A stretch of DNA of 64,000 nt from an uncultured Alphaproteobacteria bacterium. GTDB lineage: Bacteria > Pseudomonadota > Alphaproteobacteria > Rhodobacterales > Rhodobacteraceae. Made by a program: the position numbers and the translations under genes. The notes below the pieces were generated by a model. That model made no database searches. It was given only the letters and a program-made list of their open reading frames with translations, and had not been told where the DNA came from. Location of the stretch: positions 55,221 through 119,220 of the forward strand of contig CAWJOI010000032.1 in assembly GCA_963844375.1 (NCBI GenBank), given 5' to 3'. Position 1 is the stretch's first letter. Each line of letters starts with the position of its first letter. This document shows positions 35,088 through 46,182 of the stretch, in pieces.

Positions 35088-36119
35088 CTACGCGGCTTCG
35101 GCCTCGGGGACGATGCTGTCGGTGAGGAGGCGCATGAGGTCGCCGAAGTAGCCTTCGCTGCGGGCGGGCTGGGTCGGGTCGGAGGTGATGGCGACGGTGA
35201 GGGCGAGGTCGGGGACGACGGCGATGAGCTGGCCGCCGTAACCGCGGGCGAGCGCGAAGCGGTGGCCGCGGGCGCGGCCGAGAAACCAGCCGTAGCCGTA
35301 GTCGAGGCCGGAGAAGGGCGAGCGGGTGCGCGGGACGAGGGAGCTGGTCACCCAGGCCTCGCTGAGGACCTGGGTGTCGCCGGCGCGGCCGCCCTCGCGG
35401 TAGAGCTCGCCGAAGCGGGCCATGGCCAGCGGCGACAGCGCCATCTCGTTGCCGCCGAGGTAGAAGCCCTGCGGGTCGCGGGTCCAGGCCGGGACCTCGA
35501 TGCCGAGGGGGTCGCCGATGCGGGTGCGGCCCTGGGCGAGGAGGGTCTCGCCGGTGACGGTGGCGAGGACGGCGCCGAGGACGTGCACGCTGCCGGTGGA
35601 GTAGAGCATGCCGCCGCCGGGCGCGCGGATCATCGGGCGGGCGAGGGCGTTCGCCACCCAGTTGGGGCTGGAGACCCATGTCCCGTAGCCGGACCCGGAG
35701 GTGCGCTCAAGGCCGGCCTGCATGGTGACGAGGTCGGCGAGGGTGATCCCGGCGACACGGGGATCCGCGGACGGGGGGATGAGGCTGGGCGCAACGGTGC
35801 CGAGGGTGGCGTCGAGGCCGGGGATCTCGCCGCGGTCGAGGGCGGCGCCGGTCAGGGCGGCGACGAAGCTCTTCGACACCGACTTCACGTTGGCCGGGCG
35901 GCTGACCGCCGGCCCGCGGAAGGCCTCGGCGACGGCGATCTCGCCGCGGTGGACGATCACCAGCGCGTGCAGCTGGTCGAAGCCGCGGGCGGCGTCGGCC
36001 GAGGCGGACCAGGGCGCGGGCGGGCGGCGGGGCGGGCGGGTCTGCGCCGCGGCCCGGCCTGCGAGGGCGAGCGCGGTGGCGGCGAGAAGGAGCGATCGGC
36101 GGGAGGGGTGTGCGGACAT
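35088..36119 (-). CDS. Tat-exported serine hydrolase (class C beta-lactamase-like)
   Basis: SRRSLL Tat motif, SVSK (SxxK), YST, ARGYGGQ. Confidence 0.88.
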   Translation of the reverse strand: MSAHPSRRSLLLAATALALAGRAAAQTRPPRRPPAPWSASADAARGFDQLHALVIVHRGEIAVAEAFRGPAVSRPANVKSVSKSFVAALTGAALDRGEIPGLDATLGTVAPSLIPPSADPRVAGITLADLVTMQAGLERTSGSGYGTWVSSPNWVANALARPMIRAPGGGMLYSTGSVHVLGAVLATVTGETLLAQGRTRIGDPLGIEVPAWTRDPQGFYLGGNEMALSPLAMARFGELYREGGRAGDTQVLSEAWVTSSLVPRTRSPFSGLDYGYGWFLGRARGHRFALARGYGGQLIAVVPDLALTVAITSDPTQPARSEGYFGDLMRLLTDSIVPEAEAA

Positions 36120-36241
36120 GCGGCTGAACCTAGCGGATTCTGCGGCGGCGTCAGGGGCCGGGCGGTCAGAAGCGCGTGAGGCGCTGGCCCGCGGCGCGCC
36201 CGGCGTGGCAGGATGCGGGCGGGGAAGCGCGGGAGGCGGCG

Positions 36242-37433
36242 ATGGCGGAGCTGGACGAGGACGCGCTGGCGGCGCTGGAGGGAGCGCTCGAGCGGCACGT
36301 GGACAGCATGACACCGGGGCTGGTGGCGCTGGTGGCGCGCGGCGAGGCGGTGCACGTGATCGCGGAGGGGCGGCAGGATTTCGGCGCGGCGCGGATGCGG
36401 CGGGACACGATCTTCCGCATCTCCTCGATGACCAAGCCGGTGGGGGCGGCGGCGGCGATGATCCTGGTCGACGAGGGACGGCTGGCGCTGGACGAGCCGG
36501 TGGCGCGGCTGCTTGCCGGAGCTGGCCAGCCCGCGGGTGCTCAAGCGGCTGGACGGGCCGATCGACGAGACGGTGCCGGCGGCGCGGGACATCCGGGTCG
36601 AGGACCTGATGACCATGCGGCTCGGGATCGGCGCGATCATGGCGCCGGGGACGTTCCCGATCAACGCGGCGATGGCGGAGCGCGGGATCGGCGTGGGGCC
36701 GCGGGGCCCGGAGGTCGACGGCATGGACGGCTTCGCCGCTGCGCTGGGGTCGCTGCCCCTGATGCGCCAGCCGGGGGAGTACTGGCTCTACGACACGGGC
36801 ATGCAGCTCCTCGGCGTGCTGATCGAGCGGGCGGCGGGGATGCCGCTGGCGGCGTTCATGGCGGAGCGGATCTTCGCGCCGCTCGGGATGGTGGACACCG
36901 GGTTCAGCGTGCCCGAGGCGAAGCTCGACCGGCTGGCGGCCTGCTACTGGCGCAACTTTGAGACGGGCGACTTCGAGCTTTTCGACGCCGGGGAGGAGGA
37001 GAGCCGCTTCGCGAAGCCGCCGCGCTTCGCCTCGGCCTCGGGCGGGCTGGTCTCGACGGCGGACGACTATCTCGCCTTCGCGCGGATGATGCTGGGAGGC
37101 GGGGAGTATCGCGGGCGGCGGGTCCTGTCGGAGGACGCGGTGCGGGCGATGCAGACCGACCGGATCCCGGCGGAGGTGAAGGCGCGCTCGCCGTTCGGGC
37201 CGGGGTTCTGGGAGGCGGGCGGCTGGGGGCTGGGGATGCAGGTGGTGACCCGGCCCGTGCCCGGGGGGCCGGTGGGGTGCGGCTGGGTGGGCGGTTACGG
37301 CAGCAGCGGCTACTGGGACCCGGCGTCGGGGCTGGTGGGGATCCACCTGACCCAGCGGGTGATGGAGAGCCCGGAGCCGACGGAGGTGTTCACGGACTTT
37401 TGGACGGGGGCGCGGGACGCGGCGGGGGTGTGA
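36242..37433 (+). CDS. Serine hydrolase (EstB-like; frameshift ~36510)
   Basis: FRISSMTK (SxxK), QPGEYWLY, GGLVSTADDY. Confidence 0.87.
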
Positions 37434-37517
37434 ATCCAGGGGATCTCGCACGCGAAACAGTCGGGAAGCGTGTTGGCGGGCGAGGAGCTCGCGGCAATCT
37501 GCGGGCAGACCGGAGTC

Positions 37518-39120
37518 TCAGCCGCTGCCGTCCAAGTGGTCGGCGAGGCGCAAGGCAAGCGCCACGATCGTGAACGTCGGGTTCAAACTCCCGCCGGTCG
37601 GAAACACCGAGTTGCCGGCGACGTAGAGGTTGGCCAGCCCGAACACCTTGCAGTCGGCGTCGACCACGCCCCGATCGGGCGAGGAGGCCATCCGCGTCGT
37701 CCCGGCGTGGTGATGGCCGCCCTGCATGTAGCTGCCCTCGAAGACCACTTCACGCGGCGCAAGCCCGCTCCAGTCGGCCTGCAAAAAATCGGTGTCCATC
37801 TTGAGCCGTGCGACCCCCGCGGCGGCGAAGGCATCGGCGAAGATCTCCTGGGCTCGCCGCAACGTTCGCCGCTCGGACTCCGCCACGACCCAATGCAGGC
37901 GGACGCGACGCATGCCGAGCGCATCGCGGTCCGAGGTGAGTGTCACTCGGCTGTCCGGGTTCGGGAAGGACTCGACCATTGTCAGGCATCGGGAGGGCCG
38001 TCGACCGAGGGCTCGGCCATAGAGCGACGTCGCGACGCCCGGGGCATCGCGGAACACGTTCGGCAACGTGTTCGTGCACCGAGCTGAAGTCGCCTCGCGC
38101 GAGCTTCCGTCGCAGCTTGGAGAGCGACCGGGCGCCGCGGGAATATGCGCCGGCTCCTACGTCGAGTTTGAGCCGGACGACCCCGATCTCGTTCGCGCGC
38201 TGTGCTGCTTCGTCGATGTAGAAACAGAGGGCGCGTCCGAACCGGCCGGCAGTCGACGGACCGATATCGTGGTAGGCGTCGAGGCGCACACCGGCCCTCG
38301 GGGTCAGATGGCCGCTCCAGAACGCGATATGGTCCATGAAGAAGCGGCCGACCACGTCATGCTGGTTACCGATGCCGGTGGGCATCACGTCGTCGTTGGC
38401 GAGCAGGAGCCGGGCGTTTTCGATGGCGCCGGCCGCCAAGACGACGCGTCGAGCTTGCACGGTCACGCGGCGGCCGTTCAGGCTCGTCGCCTCGACCGAC
38501 TGAACCGCTTGCCCGTTCTCCGAAAGGCCGATGCGGGTGACGCTCGCATGCAGGTAGAGCTTGAGATGGGCCAGTTGCTCGAACAGTGCGCGGTGGCGTT
38601 CACCGGCAAAAAAGGCGGGCATGCATACACGCCAAGTCTTCGAAAAGACCGGCGTGCCGGATAGATCGACGGGCTCGAAGCTCGGATCCTGCCGCTGCCA
38701 GCCTTCGAGATCGTCGAAGTCGTAAGCTCCAAGGCCGAAGTACTCGACCGCCTGGCGATACCAGGGGTCGAGGTCGGCTCGGACGATCGGCCAGCCGCTA
38801 TGGGGTATCCAAGGGCGCGCCTCGAAGTCGATCGGCTCGAAGGGGCCGACCTGGTTACCCCAACGGCTGGTCGAGCCGCCGAGCATCCGCACACGGTCGG
38901 CGTCGAGATCGTAGTGGCGCTGCCCGGACAGGTCTCCGGCGTAGAGGGCCTGGACGTCCGGTTCGAAATCGGTCCCACCCAACTCCAGCACCACCACATC
39001 TCGGTCACTGCGGCTGCGGAAGTGCCAGGCGATCGCGAGGCCCGCAGCGCCGCCGCCGATCACGCAAAGGTCGGTCTCGATGCGTTGGCCGCTCGGCTGC
39101 TCGGCGAGGTCGACGATCAT
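37518..39120 (-). CDS. GMC-family FAD oxidoreductase (frameshift ~38065)
   Basis: IGGGAAG, AAGAIENARLLL, VGRFFMDH, HHAGTTRM, NPTFTIVAL. Confidence 0.88.
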
Positions 39121-39411
39121 CTGCAACCCGGTCCAAGGGCCCACGGGCTGTTGCAGCAGGCGAGCGCGAAGGCCGCCTCGGCAAGCACCGCAGCAACCGG
39201 CGCGCCATCACGCAAGGCAAGCCCGCTCCGCCGGCGGCATCGACGCGGAGAGCAGCCAGCCGATCTCGGCCGGCGGATCGAGTAGATGACTGCCTTCGGC
39301 GTGCACGCGCCCGGGGCCGAGCACAATCGCACCGCTAGCTACAGTGGTTAGGGCCCTCCGACTATCCAAAGCAGCAGCGACCTTCCTCGTCGGCTCGAAC
39401 GGCGGACCCAC
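39117..39411 (-). CDS. Possible small protein upstream of the GMC gene (frameshifted)
   Basis: ORF pieces with SRRALT..VHA leader; stop overlaps GMC start. Confidence 0.3.
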
Positions 39412-39513
39412 CCGTCCCCGCGTACCGGTAGTGATACCCGACGCGTGGCTACGTTACCATCTAAATGGCGGAGGGCGTTGGCCCGCGGGCGCGAGAGGCC
39501 GAGTGACACCCCT

Positions 39514-40308
39514 CTAAGCGGCGCGGTGGGCGGCTTCGGCGAGGGTGGCGACGAAGGCGAGGACGGCGGCGGGGGGGTCGCCGGCGCCGATGCGGTCGAC
39601 GATGGCGGTGCCGACGACGGCGCCGTCGGCGACGCCGGCGATCTCGGCGGCGGTGGCGGGGGTGCGGATGCCGAAGCCGACGCAGACCGGGAGCGGCGTG
39701 GCGCGCTTGATGCGGGCGACCTCGGGGGCGACGGTGGCGGCGCTGGCGGCGGCGGCGCCGGTGATGCCGGTGATCGAGACGTAGTAGACGAAGCCCGAGG
39801 TGTTGGTGAGCACGCGCGGCAGGCGGCGGTCGTCGGTGGTGGGGGTGGCGAGGCGGATGAAGTCGATCCCGGCGGCCTGGGCGGGCAGGCAGAGCTCGTC
39901 GTCCTCCTCGGGGGGGAGGTCGACGACGATGAGGCCGTCGACACCGGCGGCTTTCGCGTCGGCGAGGAAGCGCGGGACGCCGCGGGAATAGATCGGGTTG
40001 TAGTAGCCCATGAGCACGACGGGGGTTTCCGCGTCGGTTTCGCGGAAGGTGCGGACCAGCGCGAGGGTGCGGTCCATGGTCTGGCCGGCCTCCAGCGCGC
40101 GCTGGCCGGCGCGCTGGATCGACGGGCCGTCGGCCATGGGGTCGGTGAAGGGCATGCCGAGTTCGATCACGTCCACGCCGGCGGCGGGGAGGCCGCGGAG
40201 GATGGCGAGGGCGGTGTCGTAGTCGGGGTCGCCGGCCATGACGAAGGCGACGAAGGCCTTGCGGCGGGCGGCCGCGAGGCGCGTGAAGGTTTGCTCGATG
40301 CGGGTCAT
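39514..40308 (-). CDS. trpA: Tryptophan synthase alpha chain
   Basis: [34 protein letters not shown]. Confidence 0.97.
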   Translation of the reverse strand: MTRIEQTFTRLAAARRKAFVAFVMAGDPDYDTALAILRGLPAAGVDVIELGMPFTDPMADGPSIQRAGQRALEAGQTMDRTLALVRTFRETDAETPVVLMGYYNPIYSRGVPRFLADAKAAGVDGLIVVDLPPEEDDELCLPAQAAGIDFIRLATPTTDDRRLPRVLTNTSGFVYYVSITGITGAAAASAATVAPEVARIKRATPLPVCVGFGIRTPATAAEIAGVADGAVVGTAIVDRIGAGDPPAAVLAFVATLAEAAHRAA

Positions 40309-40375
40309 CCGCACCTCCCTGTCCGGGCGCCCTGTCTGCTTGCTTCGCCGGTGGAAATCAAGCCGACAGCCTCGT

Positions 40376-40397
40376 CCGTAGGCCCTCCGTAGGCCGA
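40376..40397. repeat. 11-bp tandem pair (CCGTAGGCCCT/CCGTAGGCCGA)
   Basis: tccgtaggccctccgtaggccg. Confidence 0.6.
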
Positions 40398-40528
40398 CCC
40401 CCCGCTGGCAAACGTTCGCATGTGGTGGTATGGTGCGCGGGCGGGGACGAACGTCGCCGGGTTTCATTGATTTGCTTGCGGCCTTCTTCACCTCGCGGCG
40501 TTGCGGCACCCGCGCGAGAGGGGGGGAA

Positions 40529-41130
40529 ATGGGCTACTCAGTCGAGGGCGACCTCTTGGAGGTCTGCACTTGCAACGTTCTTTGTCCGTGCTGGATCGGT
40601 GAAGATCCCGACAAGGGCACCTGCGACAGCGCGTTCGGCTATCGCTTCAACTCTGGCGAGATCGACGGGGTGGACGTCTCCGGCGGTGGTCGTGGCCAGC
40701 CTGGTGCACATCCCCGGCAACGTGCTGAAGGGCAACTGGACGCGGCAGCTCTATGTCGACGAACGTGCCACCAATGCCCAGGCGCGACGCCGTCATCGAT
40801 GCATGACCGGAAAGAAGGGCGGGCCGCTGGCCGACCTCGCCGGGCTGATCGGCAACGAAATGCCGGCGAAGCGCGCGCGATCGCCTTCGATCTGGTCGAG
40901 GGCAAGGGCACGCTGAAGATCGGCGGGTGCTGCGAAGCGGTGATGAACCTTATCGCGGCCCGACCGGGCAGGTGACGACGCTGAACGAGAGCATCTTCAC
41001 CACCATCCCCGGCGCCCCGGCGTATGTCTCCAAGGCCGAGCGCTTCTCGGTGCACGAGCCGGGGATCGGCCACGACATCGAGCTCGAGCGGCACAACGCC
41101 ATCCAGGGCCTGTTCCGCTTCGAGGCGTGA
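40529..41130 (+). CDS. DUF1326-family protein (several frameshifts)
   Basis: [34 protein letters not shown]. Confidence 0.8.
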
Positions 41131-41939
41131 CGGCGGCCGGTGATCGACGCGGCGGCGCAGCGCCGCGTCGTTCGCCGCGGCGGGTCTCGCGCTCGCCGCG
41201 CTCGCCTGGATGCTGCTCGTGGCCTGGGCGGCGAGCCCTTGGGCGCGCTATCTCGACCACGGCGACTGGGCCGGGACGGGTGCTCGGCTCGATCTGCGCC
41301 GCGCTGCCATGGGGCGAGAGCTTGCTGCCCGCGGTGCTCTATGTCGGCGGCTGGGTGCTGATGCTGACCGCGATGATGCTGCCGACCGCGGTGCCGGTGC
41401 TGTCGATCCTCGAGCGCCTGGTGGCCCCGCGGCCGAACGCGAGGCGCCTCGTGGCGCTGGCGGCGGCCGGCTACCTGGTGGCTTGGGTGGCGTTCGGCGT
41501 CGCGGCGCATCTCGCGGACCTCGGGCTTGCAGCGGCGGTCAGGCAGAGCGGCTGGCTGACCTTCAACGGCTGGGCGATCGGCGCCGCCGTGCTGGCGGGC
41601 GCGGGGCTGTTCCAGTTCTCGGACCTGAAGCGGCGTTGCCTCGAGCACTGCCACAGCCCGCTGGCAGTGGTGACCAGCGCCTGGCGCGGCCGCCGCCCGG
41701 CGCGCGAGGCGTGGCGGCTCGGGCTTACCCACGGCGCCTTCTGCGTCGGCTGCTGCTGGGCGCTGATGCTGATCATGTTCGTGGTCGGCACCGGCAACGT
41801 CGGCTGGATGCTGCTGCTTGGCCTCGTCATGGCGGCGGAGAAGAACCTGCCATGGGGCCGACGGCTCTCGGCGCCGCTCGGGATCGGGCTTATCCTCTGG
41901 AGCGCCGCCACCGTGGCGCAGCACCTGCCGTCGGCTTGA
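41127..41939 (+). CDS. DUF2182 predicted metal-binding membrane protein
   Basis: WVLMLTAMMLP, QFSDLKRRCLEHC, CVGCCWALM. Confidence 0.85.
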   Translation: MTAAGDRRGGAAPRRSPRRVSRSPRSPGCCSWPGRRALGRAISTTATGPGRVLGSICAALPWGESLLPAVLYVGGWVLMLTAMMLPTAVPVLSILERLVAPRPNARRLVALAAAGYLVAWVAFGVAAHLADLGLAAAVRQSGWLTFNGWAIGAAVLAGAGLFQFSDLKRRCLEHCHSPLAVVTSAWRGRRPAREAWRLGLTHGAFCVGCCWALMLIMFVVGTGNVGWMLLLGLVMAAEKNLPWGRRLSAPLGIGLILWSAATVAQHLPSA

Positions 41940-41990
41940 CCCGGACGGCAGCCCAGCCCTACATGCGCGCCGACTACCAGGAGCGCGGAC

Positions 41991-43088
41991 ATGGCCTTGA
42001 AGATCGGGATCGTCGGGCTGCCCAATGTCGGCAAGTCGACGCTGTTCAATGCGCTGACGCGCACGGCGGCGGCGCAGGCGGCGAACTTTCCCTTCTGCAC
42101 CATCGAGCCCAACGTGGGCGAGGTGAACGTGCCGGACGCGCGGCTCGACCGGCTGGCCGCGATCGCGAAGAGCGCCAAGGTGGTGCCGGCGCGGATGACC
42201 TTCGTCGACATCGCCGGGCTGGTGCGGGGGGCGAGCAAGGGCGAGGGGCTGGGGAACCAGTTCCTGGCCAACATCCGCGAATGCGACGCCATCGCGCATG
42301 TGCTGCGCTGCTTCGAGGATCCGGACGTCACGCATGTGGAGGGGCGGGTCGATCCCGTCGCCGATGCCGAGACGGTGGAGACGGAGCTGATGCTCGCCGA
42401 TCTCGAGAGCGTGGAGAAGCGGCTGGTCGGGCTGCAGCGCAAGCTCCGGGGCGGGGACAAGGAGGCGGCGGTGCAGGCGCGGCTGCTGGAGGCGGCGAAG
42501 GCGGCGCTGGAGGCGGGGCGGCCGGCGCGGACGGTGGCGGTGCCGGAGGACGAGGTGCGGGCCTGGCGGCTGCTGCAGCTTTTGACCGGCAAGCCGGTGC
42601 TCTATGTCTGCAACGTCGAGGAGGCCGCGGCGGCGAGCGGGAATGCGCAGTCGGCGGCGGTGGCGAAGCTGGCGGCGGCGGAGGGTGCCGGGTGCGTGGT
42701 GATCTCGGCGGCGATCGAGGAGGAGATCGCCCAGCTCGACGACGCGGAGCGGGCGGAGTTCCTCGAGGCGATGGGGCTGCACGAGGCGGGGCTCGACCGG
42801 CTGATCCGCGAGGGATACCGGCTGCTGGGGCTCTCGACGTACTTCACCGCCGGGCCGAAGGAGGCGCGGGCGTGGACGATCCCGGAAGGGGCCAGCGCGC
42901 CGCAGGCGGCGGGGGTGATCCACGGCGATTTCGAGAAGGGCTTCATCCGGGCGGAGACGGTGGCCTATGACGACTACGTGGCGCTGAACGGCGAGGCCGG
43001 GGCGCGCGAGGCCGGGCGGCTGCGCGCCGAGGGCAAGACATATCGGGTGCAGGACGGGGACGTGCTGCACTTTCTTTTCAGCGGGTGA
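41991..43088 (+). CDS. ychF: Ribosome-binding ATPase YchF
   Basis: GLPNVGKST, NFPFCTIEPN, GEGLGNQFL. Confidence 0.97.
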   Translation: MALKIGIVGLPNVGKSTLFNALTRTAAAQAANFPFCTIEPNVGEVNVPDARLDRLAAIAKSAKVVPARMTFVDIAGLVRGASKGEGLGNQFLANIRECDAIAHVLRCFEDPDVTHVEGRVDPVADAETVETELMLADLESVEKRLVGLQRKLRGGDKEAAVQARLLEAAKAALEAGRPARTVAVPEDEVRAWRLLQLLTGKPVLYVCNVEEAAAASGNAQSAAVAKLAAAEGAGCVVISAAIEEEIAQLDDAERAEFLEAMGLHEAGLDRLIREGYRLLGLSTYFTAGPKEARAWTIPEGASAPQAAGVIHGDFEKGFIRAETVAYDDYVALNGEAGAREAGRLRAEGKTYRVQDGDVLHFLFSG

Positions 43089-43099
43089 GGGAGGTGCCG

Positions 43100-43843
43100 G
43101 TGAGCGACGATCTGCCGCCGTGGGGCGAGGTCGTGGAGGTCCTGAAGGGGGTCTCGACGGCGACGCTGACAACGGTGCTGCTGAAGAAGGGCCTGCGCAA
43201 CGTCTGGATGCGCAACGCGCGGCCGATCGGCGACGGGGCGCGGGTGGTGGGGCGGGCGTTCACGCTGCGCTTCGTGCCGGCGCGGGAGGATCTGGCGACG
43301 CCGGCGTCCTGGGCCTCGCCGATCTCGACCCGGGCGGCGATCGAGGAGATGCCGGAAGGGTGCATCGCCGTGGTGGACGCGGCGGGTGTCGCCGACGCCG
43401 GGATTTTCGGCGACATCCTCTGCGCGCGGATGGCGGCGCGCGGGGTGGCGGCGCTGGTGACGGACGGGCCGGTGCGGGATCTCGAGGGCGTGCTCGGGAC
43501 GGGGCTGCCGGTCTGGTGCCGCGGTGCGGCGGCGCCGCCGTCGGTGGCGGGGCTGACCTTCGTGGGCTGGGAGCAGCCGGTGGGTTGCGGCGGCGTGGCG
43601 GTCTTTCCCGACGACGTGGTGGTGGCGGACCGCGACGGGGCGGTGCTGGTCCCGGCGGCGCTGCTCGGCGCGGTGCTGGCGGAGGGGCCGGAGCAGGAGC
43701 GGATGGAGGCCTGGATGATGGGCGAGATCGGCCGGGGCGCGGTGCTGCCGGGGCTCTATCCGATGAACGCGGAGACGCGGGCGCGGTACGAGGCGGAGCG
43801 CGACGGAGCGGACACGCCCTCCGCGGTGATCACCTCGCGTTAA
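43100..43843 (+). CDS. RraA-like / HMG aldolase family protein
   Basis: VSTATLT, GIFGDIL, TDGPVRD, VADRDG. Confidence 0.85.
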   Translation: MSDDLPPWGEVVEVLKGVSTATLTTVLLKKGLRNVWMRNARPIGDGARVVGRAFTLRFVPAREDLATPASWASPISTRAAIEEMPEGCIAVVDAAGVADAGIFGDILCARMAARGVAALVTDGPVRDLEGVLGTGLPVWCRGAAAPPSVAGLTFVGWEQPVGCGGVAVFPDDVVVADRDGAVLVPAALLGAVLAEGPEQERMEAWMMGEIGRGAVLPGLYPMNAETRARYEAERDGADTPSAVITSR

Positions 43844-43966
43844 CAGCCCGTAAAGAAGTGGCAAGCCGGATTCCAGCCGGATTCCAGCCGCCTTCCAGCC
43901 CGGATTTTTCTCGCCGTTCCAAAGGGATGACCGCCGCCCGGGGCGCGAGCAGATCAACCGGGATCG
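43814..43966. repeat. ~155-bp dispersed repeat, copy 2
   Basis: Aligns with 5032-5186; arms 43824-43839 and 43944-43960 imperfectly complementary. Confidence 0.9.
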
Positions 43967-43982
43967 ATGAGGCGGGACCGGG

Positions 43983-44929
43983 TTAGAGCGCGTCCTTGCG
44001 GATGACCATGTGGACGCCTTTTTCCCCGTCCACGACCTGGGTGATCTTGAGATCCCCGGCGAGGCTGAGCAGCATGTAGGCCTGGTCCCGGTTCAGCGAC
44101 GTGCGTTCGGTGACGATCCGGACGAGGTCGCGCACCGCGCGGCGCATGGCTTCGTCCAGCGTCTCGTGGAAGCCCATGGACATCAGGACCTCGGCGGAAC
44201 TCGGCGAAGGGCGCGGCGATCTGCATGTCCTTGCGGACCGTGAGGCGGAAGCGGCCGGTCAGCGAGGTTTCCAGCGCGGCGATGCAGACCTCGCCGTCGC
44301 CCTGCAGCCCGTGCCCGTCGCCGGCGGAGAAGAGCGCGCCGTCGTTGAAGACCGGAAGGTAGAGGGTGGTCCCCGGCCTGGAGATCGCGGTTGTCCATGT
44401 TGCCGCCGAAGGCGCGCGGCGGGGCGGCCGAGATGCGGCCCCATTCGGGCGGCGGCGCGACGGCGAGGATGCCGAAGAACGGGGCGAGGGCCAGTTCCGT
44501 GCCCCAGGGCAGGCGGCAGACGTTGCGCTCGAGGTCGATGGCGATGTGCATGGTCTGGTAGTTGGTGAACTCGTCGGGAAGCGCGCCGCGGAGCGGCATG
44601 ATGCCGGTGTAGCCCCAGGTCTGGATCGGGGTGACCTCGAGGATGTCGACCTGCAGGACGTCGCCGGGCCGGGCGCCCCTGACGAACACCGGCCCGGTCA
44701 TGAAGTGGGAGGTGGCGCCCCGGTCGGCGGCCTTCTCCGCCATGGCCTCGCGGTGGCCGGGCAGGACGCCGGCGCCATCCGCGGGCAGCTCGTCGGGACC
44801 GGCGGCGGGGAGGCAGTCGAGGACGACCTCGTCGCCGGATTCGATCTCGATCACCGGCGGCGTGGCGGCGTCGAAGTAGCCCCAGAAGAGGTTCCGGGGA
44901 GAATAGTCGACGTGATGGACCCTGCTCAT
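43983..44929 (-). CDS. Acetamidase/formamidase family protein (frameshifted)
   Basis: [36 protein letters not shown]. Confidence 0.87.
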
Positions 44930-44961
44930 CGTTATACAGCCCTGTGCCTTCGGCCTTCGGT

Positions 44962-46104
44962 TCAGCGCGCGGCGAAGTAGTCGCGGAGAATGCGCCGGTA
45001 GACCGCTTTCAGCGCGTGGATGTCGGCGACCTCCACGTGCTCGTCGACCTGGTGCATCGTGGCGCCGACGAGGCCGAACTCGACCACGGGGCAGTGCGCC
45101 TGGATGTAGCGCGCGTCGGAGGTGCCGCCGGTGGTGGAGAGCGTCGGGCGTGACGCCGGTTTCGGCGGCCACCGCGCGGGCGACGAGGTCGGTGAAGGGG
45201 CCGGGCTCGGTCAGGAAGCTCTCGCCGGCGACCTGGAAGCGGGCGGCGATGCCGGTGCCGAAGGCCTTGGCGACGCGGTCGGCCTCGTCCTCGATCCAGG
45301 CGGAGAGGGAGGCGGCGGAGTGTGCGTCGTTGAAGCGGATGTTGACGGTGGCGCGGGCTTCGGCGGGGATGACGTTCGCGGCGGGGTTGCCGACGTCGAT
45401 GGTGGTGATGGCGAGGGTCGAGGGGCCGAAGTGCGTGCGTGCCCTTGTCGAGGGTGTGCGAGGCGAGGCGGTCGAGGAGGCGGACGAGCGCCGGCAGCGG
45501 GTTCTGCGCCCGCTCGGGGTAGGCGGCGTGGCCCTGCTTGCCGTAGGCGGTCAGCCGGGCGGTCAGCGAGCCGCGGCGGCCGATCTTGATCGTGTCGCCC
45601 ATACGGACGGGGCAGGTGGGCTCGCCGACGAGGCAGTGGTCGATCCGCTCGCCCTCGGCGGCCATCCAGTCGAGGATCGCGGGGGTACCGTTGACGCTGT
45701 CGCCCTCCTCGTCGCCGGTGATGGCCAGGACGATGCTGCCGGCGGGCGGGGTGGATGCGGTGAAGTCGATGGCGGCGGCGGCGAAGGCGGCGACGCCGGA
45801 CTTCATGTCGGCGGCGCCGCGGCCGTAGAGCCGGCCGTCCTCGATCGTCGGCGGCGAAGGGCGGGTGGCGCCAGGCGGCGGGGTCGCCCGGCGGGACCAC
45901 GTCGGTGTGGCCGTTGAAGCCGAGGACCGGGCCGGTGGTGCCCCAGCGCGCGTAGAGATTGGCGATGCCGCCGCGGTCGGCGCGGTGGGTGCGGAAGCCG
46001 TGCGCCGCGAGGACGCGGGCGAGGAGGGTGATGGCGCCGCCTTCCTCGGGCGTTACCGAGGGGCAGCGGACGAGGGCGGCGGTCAGGTCGACGGGGTCGG
46101 TCAT
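44962..46104 (-). CDS. dapE: Succinyl-diaminopimelate desuccinylase (frameshifted)
   Basis: GHTDVVP, DMKSG, TGDEE, GEPT, GRRGS, GHAAYP. Confidence 0.92.
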
Positions 46105-46182
46105 GGTGCGCGCGGCCTCCTCGGATTCCCTTAGCCGGCGGCGCGCGGTGGGGCAACGGGCGAGGGCCGGTCGGGGGTCGGC

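Noticed and set aside
37480-37516. Possible eighth 11-bp array (GCGGCAATCTGCGGGCAGA)
   Set aside because: Too degenerate to distinguish from GC-rich background
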